Virus record (IMG/VR): IMGVR_UViG_3300033148_008638 | Span: 1-59,531 of that record | Strand: one strand, 5' to 3' | Source: a virus | Taxonomy: Duplodnaviria; Caudoviricetes | Length of the DNA: 59,531 nt | Position numbers and translations under genes: made by a program | Notes under the pieces: generated by a model | Told to the model about the DNA's origin: nothing | What the model saw: the letters and a program-made list of their open reading frames with translations, nothing else | Database searches by the model: none | Shown here: positions 19,777 through 29,455 of the stretch, piece after piece | How the letters are laid out: each line of letters begins with the position of its first letter | Position numbering within the stretch: position 1 is the first letter of the stretch

Positions 19777-20406
19777 TTATGTTAAACGTTTTTTGAGATA
19801 CCTCCTCAATGAATTAACAATGGGTGTGATAGCTCTTACTTCATATATCCTCTCTGTATATTTTGCTTCTTTTAACGCCTTTATAATTACATCAGTGTTT
19901 ACTAGTTGGTTCTCTACCATATATAGTAGATCTTTATTATTATCTACTGTGGAAATAGTAGGCATTTCTTTAAAGTTCCACCTCATACGTCTACAGTAGC
20001 GATTTATCAAATTGGTTATCACAGTTTTTTTATCTTCCTTTAGTGGATTTACTATCTTCCCATTTTTTATTTGTACTCCATCATAAAATATAGATCTCTC
20101 TTTTATTTCATTAGTATTGTGTTTAGGTATTATATAATACATACCTTTTTCTGTATATATACGTACTTTATCTTGATACCCATTTATTCTGTGTCTGGTG
20201 GTAGGAGAATCCCACCAACCATTTGTGTTTAATGTTACGGTCTCCTTGTCTGGGGAAAATGATACTATATCTGTATAGCAGTACCTTATTATTTCTCTGC
20301 CATCTGATGTTGTATATTTAACTGTATTGTAACAGAGTTTTCTACTGTGTACTACGTCATATACTCCCCATAGCATCTCTTTTTTGGTTAATCTGCCCAT
20401 AGCCAA
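19777..20406 (-). CDS. hypothetical protein
   Basis: 209-aa ORF with LNTNGWWDSPTTRHRIN, a motif type seen in phage early proteins. Confidence 0.55.
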   Translation of the reverse strand: MAMGRLTKKEMLWGVYDVVHSRKLCYNTVKYTTSDGREIIRYCYTDIVSFSPDKETVTLNTNGWWDSPTTRHRINGYQDKVRIYTEKGMYYIIPKHNTNEIKERSIFYDGVQIKNGKIVNPLKEDKKTVITNLINRYCRRMRWNFKEMPTISTVDNNKDLLYMVENQLVNTDVIIKALKEAKYTERIYEVRAITPIVNSLRRYLKKRLT

Positions 20407-20852
20407 CTCCTATATTTTTTTGTTGGTAAAGGAAAGAGTCTACCTTTCTTTGGTTTAAGTCTACTACTAGAGTATAGCTCATACCTTATGAGGAATTCTC
20501 TTGTTTCTTGTGGAAGTCTGCTCCTACGTTTTCTACAAACTACGTTGTTTATTATAGCCTCTGTTATATAAAGTTCTTCTCTCATCTCTGATTTTGAGAA
20601 AGAAGGGTCTACTGCTTTATATAAGTAATGTATTCGTTTTATCAAAGATGAGATAGAGTAATTTTCTCTTCTCTCTTTTAGAAGAGAGAGCATTTCGTAT
20701 GCGGTTTCATCGTTGCCCATTCTTGCCATAGCTAGCACAGTATTTAACAACTTGTATAGCTTCAGTTTATTTAGATATTTCTCATCTACCATTATTTCTT
20801 TCTCCCCTGGTTTTGCTATAATCTGTGTTGTATCTGTATTATCTTTTCTCAT
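20388..20852 (-). CDS. hypothetical protein (paralog family)
   Basis: KLYKLLNTVL...YLYKAVDPSF. Confidence 0.5.
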   Translation of the reverse strand: MRKDNTDTTQIIAKPGEKEIMVDEKYLNKLKLYKLLNTVLAMARMGNDETAYEMLSLLKERRENYSISSLIKRIHYLYKAVDPSFSKSEMREELYITEAIINNVVCRKRRSRLPQETREFLIRYELYSSSRLKPKKGRLFPLPTKKYRSWLWAD

Positions 20853-21234
20853 CTATCTTTGTGTCTCCTTATCCTTAAGGATACTTGCTCTTCTAAGAGT
20901 CTATATTACTTATTCGTCTTCTCTCTAGTACCAAATATGAGCCGGTGTGTCTTTATATTCCCTGCTCAATGTGCTTGTTAGCCTTAAATAACTTATCTTG
21001 AGCTCGGCTCAACCGTTTTGTAATCTCAGTCAATTCAGCATCGGTTATACCATAACCCTCGCCTACCAATATATCTCTTAATATTGTAAGTGCCATAGAT
21101 ACTTTTACTCTATTTGTTGCTCTTATATATTCTGTTTCAGTCATTAACAACCTCCTAAAGGTTAACACCTATCCTTAATACAAGACTCATTTATAAAATG
21201 ACTTTATGTTTGTTCGTTATTATACCATCCACTG

Positions 21235-21477
21235 CTACAATAGCCCACTATCTTCTAATAGAAATTCTACATCTTCCATCCACTGCTTTTTATTTTGTTT
21301 TCCTATATCATGTTCAGTATCATTAGAGCATTTGAACTCTATAACAGGACTATCTCCTATTATATTATTATCGTCACGTACGAACTCACCCTCCTCATCA
21401 ATCCTAAAAACTTTTTTAGGTGTGATGTAGTGTATACTAATTTCTGCACCACACTCATCACAATATCTTTTTTCCAT
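21235..21477 (-). CDS. small zinc-ribbon protein
   Basis: CDEC...CSND.EH; AGGAG RBS. Confidence 0.5.
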   Translation of the reverse strand: MEKRYCDECGAEISIHYITPKKVFRIDEEGEFVRDDNNIIGDSPVIEFKCSNDTEHDIGKQNKKQWMEDVEFLLEDSGLL

Positions 21478-21491
21478 CTTGTACTCTCCTA

Positions 21492-21689
21492 TTAAAATTG
21501 TTTCTCCTTAGTTACCAAATATCTATCTCCACCGATAATATAATTTCTTATACTACTACGTATCTTATCGACCTCTTTTTCAAAAGCTATTATAGCTAAT
21601 TTAAGAGCATGTTCTTCACTTGTAGCATATCTGTAGAAGGTGTGGGTCTCTCCATACCAGTTTAAGTCTACACGATAGAGATTTTTCAT
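21492..21689 (-). CDS. hypothetical protein
   Basis: ORF with GAGG RBS. Confidence 0.45.
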   Translation of the reverse strand: MKNLYRVDLNWYGETHTFYRYATSEEHALKLAIIAFEKEVDKIRSSIRNYIIGGDRYLVTKEKQF

Positions 21690-22045
21690 TATATCCTCTC
21701 ATTAAGACTTCAATTAAGTATTTTGTGTCTATTATTCTTATAATAAACTAATAGTTCTTTAATCTCAAATATTATTACAGGTACATATAAACCATTTTTA
21801 ATATAATCAATATGTTTCAACAGCTTCATTAAAGGTAATATATGATACCTGAATATGAATTTTATCATTATCTCTTACCTTTGGTCTACCTGTTCTTAAC
21901 CCTGCTGGCTTTAGCCATTTTGTTCCTTATCCTGTTTCTTCTTTTGATATTGTTGCTGTGACGTCTCCTCTGCCTGTCTTTTGATACATAGCCTGATATA
22001 TGTATCATCTCATTAAACCATCTCCAAAACATAATAACGCCTCCT

Positions 22046-22606
22046 TTATTTTATAATTTTCCTCTTTTTTATAACTATGTACTCCTCTTCTTCAACTGTT
22101 GCATTTTTAGCTAAATTTTCAGCTGTCTTTACAATATTAAGAGCAAGTTGTCTGAAAGATCTTAATACTTCACCAGGTACTTCATTATCTTCAATATTCT
22201 TCCCAGGTTGTGTATATACCGAAGTTATTATTTCTCTGTCAACCAGGTTCAATTCTTTGGCCTCCTCATAAGTTTTCCAGCCAATTCCATCCCTGATATA
22301 TGCCATGCTATTATTATTAAAATCTTTTTTTGTATAGTAGGCAGTTCTTTTTCCACCACGATATAAAACAAGGTAACCTCCACTTCTACCATTAAATCCA
22401 GCTTGCCAATTATAATCATGCTCAATATCAAAATTATGTATAAGCATATTGATGGAGTCCCAAAACTCATCGGTATCCATTAATTCAAATACCTTGCTTT
22501 GAAGGCTGTTATCAACTACATTATATACCTTCAAGTTGTATGCTGGAGCTTGTGATAGATTCCAGCTGTTCATTGTGTCATACCTAATTCTTTTAAGCGG
22601 TTTCAT
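22046..22606 (-). CDS. hypothetical phage protein
   Basis: 186 aa, GFNGRSGGYLVL motif, AGGAGG RBS. Confidence 0.6.
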   Translation of the reverse strand: MKPLKRIRYDTMNSWNLSQAPAYNLKVYNVVDNSLQSKVFELMDTDEFWDSINMLIHNFDIEHDYNWQAGFNGRSGGYLVLYRGGKRTAYYTKKDFNNNSMAYIRDGIGWKTYEEAKELNLVDREIITSVYTQPGKNIEDNEVPGEVLRSFRQLALNIVKTAENLAKNATVEEEEYIVIKKRKIIK

Positions 22607-23004
22607 AGTATATACCTCCTTTGTGTTAGTGGTTATTGATTTCCCTATGTTTTAGTTATAGAGTTTGCCTTTATACCCGTCATCAAAGTTACCTTTTAGA
22701 CAGGCATTTTTTGCCTTGCTATACCGAAAGTATATAGCAAGGGCTTTATTATCTTTGTCATACACAATCCAGTGCTTTACGAGGATATGACCCCCGCAGG
22801 TTTCAATTCTATATCCGTTTATTTCTCTTGTCATCGGTTATCCTCAAATCGGAAAATATAATCTACGAATATTGCTGGTTCGCCCCAAGGATATAATATC
22901 CAGTAAATATCCCAGGTGGTCTCATTAAGTTCATTTTCACCAGTATGAAATAGATCTGTAAAATATAGTTGATACATTTTTTTATCCTTCCTATTTGGCT
23001 ATTA

Positions 23005-23310
23005 TTACCTCTGCACCAGTTCATCAAATAGACGTTGGTTGAATATCTTACAGCAAATCCTATTCTCCTGCCAGTATTTTACCATTGTCTTTCGACGTGG
23101 GTCATTAGTTAGGCCAGTGTATCTGACGGGTTGTCCCTCCTTATAAATTACAAGGTAAAAAAATGTTTTATGTTTATAATCAGTTTGATAACCTCTCGAT
23201 TCTTTAGTAGCGTATATCCTGGCAGTATTTGTACTTGTCGGATTATTTAGGATAGCTACTATCTCACCTTGTAAAATTGTGTTTAGCTTTTTCTCATGGT
23301 ATGTGCTCAT
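23005..23310 (-). CDS. hypothetical protein
   Basis: ORF track; early region. Confidence 0.45.
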   Translation of the reverse strand: MSTYHEKKLNTILQGEIVAILNNPTSTNTARIYATKESRGYQTDYKHKTFFYLVIYKEGQPVRYTGLTNDPRRKTMVKYWQENRICCKIFNQRLFDELVQR

Positions 23311-24601
23311 TTCAACCTTCCCATTAAGCGGTAATCATTTAAAGATAAATCATATTTATAAAGTAATTTAGCTAAATATTTATCGAAATATTCACCTTTT
23401 CTGAAACGATGGTTATTATACTCGTTACGGAACAATTCAATCCGTTTTTCCTTTGGTAGAAGCCAGAGATTGTCATCAAACGTAAGAGTATAGTATTCAT
23501 CAAACCATCTTCTTCTAACTGTTTTTTTCATCTCCTCTATCCTCTCCTTCCTCCCTTTCATAACAGGCGATTAAGTATAAATAACTTTCTACCTCCCATT
23601 GTCTATGGGTAGGAACTCTTCCTACCTCCGATTTTAGTCTTTTCTTCATATCTTCCCTTACCTTCTTATTTCTTAAATTTAGCATTCCTCTCTTTTTCCT
23701 TCATAAGTAGTTTTTATATCCTCTTCATATGTTTCGTCCTCAAAGAGGATTTCCTTGATCCTATCTTCTTCTTCTTTTTTCATGAGTCTCTCTGCGAGCC
23801 CATTAAAAGGATAGGTTTTAATAAATACCTCTCTCATTTTTTTCTTCCTGTTTTAATAGTAAACATCCCAGTGTAACCCTTTAAAGCTTTCAAAGGTATC
23901 AGGCCTGACAGTGCTCCGTCTATCAATAGTTTTATATTGCCCCGGGCCAAGCCTGACTACTTTTTCAGCTATAAGTTTTAGTTTTTGCCCTGTATATTTT
24001 GCAGTTGTCATTTTGCCTCTCTATTTTTTCTATAATCTTTATAACTTTTTCAATCTCTTTTAATTTTCCTACGTTTGCATAGGGGTCAGCTTTCAGTTCA
24101 TAATCTTGCTCAATATCTCTGATAATCTGCTCTTCCCTTTTTGTTAGATATCTTTTTAGTTCATACATAGTTTTACTCCCTCTCTATATAGGAATATCCT
24201 TTTTTTGATAGAGCCTTTTTACATTCCTCGATTGTAACAGGATAATCGAAGCCTCCTTTTTTAGATTTATGAAATGTCATTAGAAGATAAAACTCATTTT
24301 TATTCTCACTGTTTATATTTGAGAATAGTAACCGCTGTGTACTATTCCCTGGTACTGGAAGGTTTAATTTCATGCTGTCCCTCATTTTACTATATATCTT
24401 TGTCTAGCAACAATAACTTTGGTGTTTATAACCCTATCCCTGTCTCTATCTATTGAGCCCTTTGCATATCCATCAAAATATTTCTGTCTACCAAAGATGC
24501 CTGAGTTTGGCAGTTCACTATTATAGCCATCTCTGTATCCTCTGAGGTATTCACTATTCATTAATCTCATTTTCTCCTCCTCTTTTTGGATGTCTGTAAG
24601 C

Positions 24602-24943
24602 TTATTTATCAGAGGTTTGTCTCTCACACGCTTCCCAGCCTGCATAAAAGTCTGTCCTCGCACTGAGTATCCTTCTCCACTCCCTTATATATAAAGCATG
24701 GCTTTTAAAAATTATTAAGCCAACTTGACCTTTGTCTATCCGCCACCATGGATTGGAATTGTCTATCTGTCTTTTGTTTACTAATTCTGTGTATTCTTTA
24801 TGGTTAATAAGCTTTGCCCCAGCACCCCCAAACAATAGAAATGTATCTCTAAGATATTTTACTACTGCCTGTAGCTTTGGTTTGTCCTGCTCTCCACACC
24901 ATATTAGTTCGTATCTGAAATCAGTCTTGTTAGAATTTGCCAT
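24602..24943 (-). CDS. hypothetical protein
   Basis: AGGAGGT RBS. Confidence 0.5.
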   Translation of the reverse strand: MANSNKTDFRYELIWCGEQDKPKLQAVVKYLRDTFLLFGGAGAKLINHKEYTELVNKRQIDNSNPWWRIDKGQVGLIIFKSHALYIREWRRILSARTDFYAGWEACERQTSDK

Positions 24944-25001
24944 GATTTCACCTCCTTCTTATATTTATTATTATCTAAGAGTGATTCTTATGTAGTAATC
25001 G

Positions 25002-25059
25002 TTCTTATATAAGAGTCATTATTACCTAAGAATCATTCTTATATAAGAGTCATTATTAC
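25002..25059. repeat. 24-bp direct repeat x2 with palindromic core TCTTATATAAGA (operator-like)
   Basis: TTCTTATATAAGAGTCATTATTAC at 25002-25025 and 25036-25059. Confidence 0.7.
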
Positions 25060-25307
25060 ATAGTAATTATTACTATTGACAGTATTTTGTCTTGGTAACT
25101 GTGTATCAGGAACATAGTTATAGGATATGAGCAGGTCTTAGAAAGACCAGACCCTCCCGCCATCGGCGTCTAATCTATAGTTATCCAAGATGCTTGTCTT
25201 CTTTTCTACTGTACGTAGAAGTTTAGGCTCCTGCCTTATCTTAAAATTATGGTATACCCTCCCATAACTTCTATTATAGACTTTTTTCCTTGCAGCCGAG
25301 TTTTTTC

Positions 25308-25493
25308 TCATCTTCTTCTGCCTCCTAAAGGTACACTATACCCTTTACTGTTTTTGCCTGTCTTCCTTACCTCTTTACCACCACAATCCGGGGTGTCCCT
25401 ATACTCACAGGTTTTACAGTAAGATAGGCCCCAGATCTGTACAAGCCAACACTCCTCTGTCATTTGACTTTGTGTTACAGTTTTAGCTTTCAT
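25308..25493 (-). CDS. small Cys-containing protein
   Basis: CKTC...C; AGGAGG RBS. Confidence 0.5.
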   Translation of the reverse strand: MKAKTVTQSQMTEECWLVQIWGLSYCKTCEYRDTPDCGGKEVRKTGKNSKGYSVPLGGRRR

Positions 25494-26358
25494 ATATCCT
25501 CCTTTATAATTGCATTATATATGATATAAGAGCCGTAGCAGCGAGCCAGCCCAGTACAGAGTGAATATTTTCATCATAGATTGCAAAAAGCATATTAACG
25601 AGGCTAAGAATTAACATAGCTGTTTCCATTTTCTACCCTCCTATTATGTAATTCTTATATTTTTTGTGCAGTTTTGATAAGAATTTCCAGGTCCCACAAC
25701 GAGCGTTTTTGAAAATTCTTGTTAAAATTACGTTTTGAATATAAGAATTAGTCATTATTATTATTTTACCCTTATATTATTAAATATGCTCCTCATCCTC
25801 TCTTTATTCTTCCTGGCCTGCCTCCTTTCGTACTTAGCTTGTCTTTTTCTTCTTTTCTCTTCTAACACACTATTAGAATAGCTTTGTCTCAATATGTTTT
25901 TCATTATGCACCCCTCCTTGTCTTATAAGAGTTATCATTTTTTACTGTAATGGTTTACCATATATTAATATCAGTTTTATCTAACACCTTATGCAGAATG
26001 CTTCCTGTGCCGAATATTCTGCATATGAAATAATGTATTAATTCATGTATTATAACAGCAAGTTTATGAAGCGGTGGAAGGTTTTTCTCAATTTGGATCC
26101 GCCTATAAAAGGCCTTCTCTGTATGAATATACAATCCTTCCACCTTGGCCTTTTTATAGGATAAATTTTTATGGAATTCTATTTTTATCATTATAGAAAT
26201 GATATTAAGATACAGACAAGTAAAAAGCTCCCTATCATTACTCCTTTGATTATGTTTTTTATACTCATTATGACACCTCTCTATTATAGGTTTATATAAG
26301 CATCGGTGCATACCGATACTTGTATAATGCTATACGTTTTTCGTAGTGTAAAGACAAG

Positions 26359-26390
26359 TATACCTCCCGGGGAGTTCCCCGGGAGGTATA
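26359..26390 (-). terminator. GC-rich hairpin, probable terminator or processing site
   Basis: TATACCTCCCGGGGA..TCCCCGGGAGGTATA inverted repeat after the 26410..26574 ORF. Confidence 0.6.
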
Positions 26391-26409
26391 TGTTAAATGG
26401 TTATCAGGT

Positions 26410-26574
26410 TTACAGGTGCTCCGCTTTTTCTTCTTCCTTCCAGTCTTTTAATATCATATTGCATGCATCTACACAGTCTTCACAGATAAAGACACCGGGC
26501 CCGCATATGATCTTTAGACCCTCCCCTGATGTCTTCCCACAAAACGAGCATGTTAATGTCTTTTTATCTTCCAT
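26410..26574 (-). CDS. stand-alone ClpX-type C4 zinc-finger protein (54 aa, absent from ORF track)
   Basis: MEDKKTLTCSFCGKTSGEGLKIICGPGVFICEDCVDACNMIL; matches the ClpX ZBD pattern CSFCGK...GP.V.IC..C...C; GGAGG RBS. Confidence 0.8.
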   Translation of the reverse strand: MEDKKTLTCSFCGKTSGEGLKIICGPGVFICEDCVDACNMILKDWKEEEKAEHL

Positions 26575-26885
26575 TGTTTTGCCTCCATTTTAATAGGTAT
26601 AACAGGCTCCGGAATATTACGAGGCTGTTGCCTCCGCTTTGGATGTTTTAATAGGTATAATTCATGTCCAATATCCCATAGCCTCTGCGCCATCTTGTCT
26701 TCTTTATCACTCCACCCAAGATGTCTTAAGTCTTCATCGGTCATCTGGATCATGTCTTCTTCATCACCAAATTTCTCACCAAATTTCTCACCAAATTTCT
26801 CACCAAATTTCTCACCAAATTTCTCACCAAAGTACTTGCTAATACTCCGGGCCTCACGTTTAAGCTGTCTTACTCTATCTTCCAT
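26553..26885 (-). CDS. hypothetical protein with FGEK repeats
   Basis: ORF track. Confidence 0.5.
   Translation of the reverse strand: MEDRVRQLKREARSISKYFGEKFGEKFGEKFGEKFGEKFGDEEDMIQMTDEDLRHLGWSDKEDKMAQRLWDIGHELYLLKHPKRRQQPRNIPEPVIPIKMEAKQWKIKRH
26764..26831. repeat. 12-bp tandem repeat, about 5.7 copies
   Basis: (TCACCAAATTTC)n. Confidence 0.9.
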
Positions 26886-26956
26886 TGTACTGCCTTCAGT
26901 TATAGGTTATATCCTTCACTATGAGCCGAGGTTTATCGGCGCATGGTGAAAGATAT

Positions 26957-26985
26957 AACCCTATGGGATGAACTCCCATAGGGTT
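26957..26985 (-). terminator. hairpin, probable terminator or processing site
   Basis: AACCCTATGGGA-TGAAC-TCCCATAGGGTT just after the stop of 26992..27417. Confidence 0.6.
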
Positions 26986-26991
26986 TAATGG

Positions 26992-27417
26992 TTATTTGGT
27001 GACTGGTACTGTTTCTATCTTCTTCACCTTCTTCACTACGATTTGAAGGTTAAACAAGATGTCATGAACTCCGTCACCATAAGGGATCCTGATACCGTTT
27101 TTGGCAAGCGCCATTGTTTTGGACTCATTTTTTTGAAGTAAGTTAAACCAATCCACCACCATGCGCTTACGCTCTGGTGTCAGGGATTTAACTACCTCAG
27201 CCCACCATGCTAATCTTTGCTTGTTTACTTGCTCCATATGGAGCTTTTTAACTGCATCGATAGTGGCCTGAAGGTCATTGAGTTCCCTAAATGACATATC
27301 CTTAATGTGTTTAGGTACAGCCTCTTCTTTTTCTATCTTAGCCTCTTCTTTTTCTATCTTAGCCTCTTCAGCCGCCTTTAGTTGGGCCACCGTGCCCATG
27401 CTTTTACGTGTTGTCAT
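26992..27417 (-). CDS. hypothetical protein, first gene of the leftward arm
   Basis: AAGGAG RBS; internal AKIEKEE duplication. Confidence 0.6.
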   Translation of the reverse strand: MTTRKSMGTVAQLKAAEEAKIEKEEAKIEKEEAVPKHIKDMSFRELNDLQATIDAVKKLHMEQVNKQRLAWWAEVVKSLTPERKRMVVDWFNLLQKNESKTMALAKNGIRIPYGDGVHDILFNLQIVVKKVKKIETVPVTK

Positions 27418-27754
27418 GATATATACTCCTTCCTTATATGTTTAGTGTTAATATGTGATGAGTACGTGCCTCCTATCACGTACGTGGCGGGATTGCCTTT
27501 GTCTAACATACTATATTCTATTGTATTTACGAAAATACTCCCTTTTTTTACTTTAGTCAACCTCGGTTACAGCCGATGGCGGGTGGTTACAGGCGATTTT
27601 TGGCTTTTTTGAAAAGAATTTGACAAAGCTCCGTAAGCTATTGAAATAACTGCAATCTTTTTTCAATCTCTTTAATCTTTTTTTGAAGATGTAAAGCAAT
27701 TGCTCAAACAATCGACATAGGTTGAGGATGTGAGAGATCAGAGGCAGATACAAG

Positions 27755-27788
27755 CGGCACGAGGATTGCTATAGCAAAAAGCGTGCCA
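27755..27788. promoter_or_regulatory. two face-to-face sigma54-type -24/-12 motifs
   Basis: + strand CGGCACGAGGATTGCT (27755-27770); - strand TGGCACGCTTTTTGCT (27773-27788). Confidence 0.55.
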
Positions 27789-27947
27789 GTTGCACCGCCT
27801 GCAAGCAGGCGGACTGCCTTTCAGGCAGTGTCTGACAATATAAGATATTTCAAACACTTTATTTCCGTAGGGGGGCTTCTTTATTTTGGTATAAAATTTT
27901 TTCATATTTTTGGAAGCTTTCCCCCACACAAAAAAAGACTGTAACAA

Positions 27948-27960
27948 TATCAATAGGTTA
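27948..27960 (+). promoter_or_regulatory. IHF consensus site
   Basis: TATCAATAGGTTA matches WATCAANNNNTTR. Confidence 0.45.
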
Positions 27961-27993
27961 CTCGTTGTATGCAAAAAAAGTACCAATAGGGGG

Positions 27994-28021
27994 TTGACAA
28001 ATTGAAATTAATGATTATAGT
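27994..28021 (+). promoter_or_regulatory. conserved phage promoter for the rightward arm
   Basis: TTGACA AATTGAAATTAATGAT TATAGT. Confidence 0.65.
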
Positions 28022-28417
28022 ATAAACAAAGATATGCTTCCGTTGTTTAAAAGAGAAACCAATAAGCGAGTTCTACAGTACTTTTGCCCCACAAGCTTTT
28101 GTGCAAAGACTATTGCACTGATGTAGTTGGAGAAATGAATTCGTCTGTAGTTTTTGTAGGAAAAAAGTTACTTTCTATCAACTATGAGAGAACAATATGA
28201 AGAAAGAAATTTACAAGACTTTTAACAAGATGGTTGAATTTTCTATCTATTAAGGCTGTTAATTTTTGGAGGTTAAAATGATTACGATAATAAATTTTGG
28301 TTTTGCTGCCATACAAATTCCATTTATTATTCAAGATCCAACCAGATGGTGGAACTGGGCAGCTTTGATTTTCTGTTTTGGAGTAGGAATAATCGTTAAA
28401 TAGAAACAAGAGGAAAA

Positions 28418-28482
28418 TAAGGTGAGAGGGAAACTTAGGTGGTGACCCTAACTAAACGGCAGTTCAATTCTGCCCGCCTTGG
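28418..28482 (+). ncRNA. tRNA-like element lacking a D-stem
   Basis: Acceptor-like AAGGTG/CGCCTT; stem TTAGG-TGGTGAC-CCTAA; T-arm GGCAG-TTCAATT-CTGCC. Confidence 0.45.
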
Positions 28483-28575
28483 AAGATATCGTCCAGAATC
28501 TTGTTTCCATTTAATAAGGCTTATCGGGCCAACTCTAAGGGTGGTGGCTCATAGTGGTAACAGATATTTAATAAT

Positions 28576-28651
28576 GCGGAGATAGCTCAACTGGTAGAGC
28601 GTTTGGTTTCCAACCAGAACGACTGTGGTTCAAACCCACATCTCCGCTCCA
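28576..28651 (+). tRNA. tRNA-Gly(TCC)
   Basis: Full cloverleaf: GCGGAGA/TCTCCGC, D-arm GCTC/GAGC, anticodon loop TT-TCC-AA, T-arm TGTGG-TTCAAAC-CCACA, U73, encoded CCA. Confidence 0.93.
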
Positions 28652-28667
28652 AAAAGAGGAGGAGAAG

Positions 28668-29039
28668 ATGGAGGAAGAATTATACAGAAAAGTAGGTAGG
28701 AGATATGTTAGAGTAAATGACCCTTGGGCATATGCTGGCTTAATGGAGGGACACCATCATGTATGGGTTAGACCAAACTCAGTAACAATTAGGGAGTTTG
28801 TGTTACCCAACAATCATAGTGTGTCTGCTGCTATTGAAGAAGTAAGAGATGCAATGGTTAAGGCATTGCAAGAGGCCAATAAGTTTAGACCTAAGATACC
28901 TTTGTCTGAGAAAGAAGCTAAGGCTATTAAGGCTTACCAAAAAGTTATGGAGGAGGATGCCACAATAATATTTGATGGCATTAGTATGCAAGACTTAGTA
29001 GATGCAGGTATCAAAGTTTTAACGGATCATTATGCGTAG
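28668..29039 (+). CDS. hypothetical protein
   Basis: AGGAGG RBS; LYRKVGRRY motif. Confidence 0.6.
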   Translation: MEEELYRKVGRRYVRVNDPWAYAGLMEGHHHVWVRPNSVTIREFVLPNNHSVSAAIEEVRDAMVKALQEANKFRPKIPLSEKEAKAIKAYQKVMEEDATIIFDGISMQDLVDAGIKVLTDHYA

Positions 29040-29078
29040 CTTAGTTGAAAGAGCTTCTCTCTTACAAGGAGGAATGTA

Positions 29079-29426
29079 ATGAAAAATTTTGAAAGATGGG
29101 GGAAAATGAATATAGAACTTGATAAGACGGGTACTGCTTATATGTATTCCAATAATACAACGATATCTATAGAAAGTCCAGTTCCTCCTAGCAAAATAAC
29201 TTTCTCTTCTGGTAATGACAAAGAAATAGGAAAACTAAGTTTTAGAGATGGAACAATGGTTTTTGAAGGTAATGCTGAAGAATCAGCATTAGTATTCTTT
29301 GAATATTTGACAGGTATGGTTAATAATTATATGAGTGATATGGAGTTAAAGATTAAAAGGATGAGAAAACAAGAGAAATTTCTAAGTAGGTTAGGGATAG
29401 ATATGAGTTTTTTAGATGAGGGGTAA
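29079..29426 (+). CDS. hypothetical protein
   Basis: AGGAGG RBS. Confidence 0.55.
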   Translation: MKNFERWGKMNIELDKTGTAYMYSNNTTISIESPVPPSKITFSSGNDKEIGKLSFRDGTMVFEGNAEESALVFFEYLTGMVNNYMSDMELKIKRMRKQEKFLSRLGIDMSFLDEG

Positions 29427-29455
29427 AATGTTATCTTTAATAAGGAGAAAAAACG

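Noticed and set aside
1324-21495. Numerous short + strand ORFs in the left arm (and short - strand ORFs in the right arm)
   Set aside because: Antisense shadows of longer motif-bearing genes, without RBS or recognisable motifs
28576-28651. tRNA-Trp(CCA) reading of the anticodon loop
   Set aside because: The 7-nt loop TTTCCAA centres on TCC; the GCG acceptor start and U73 fit Gly
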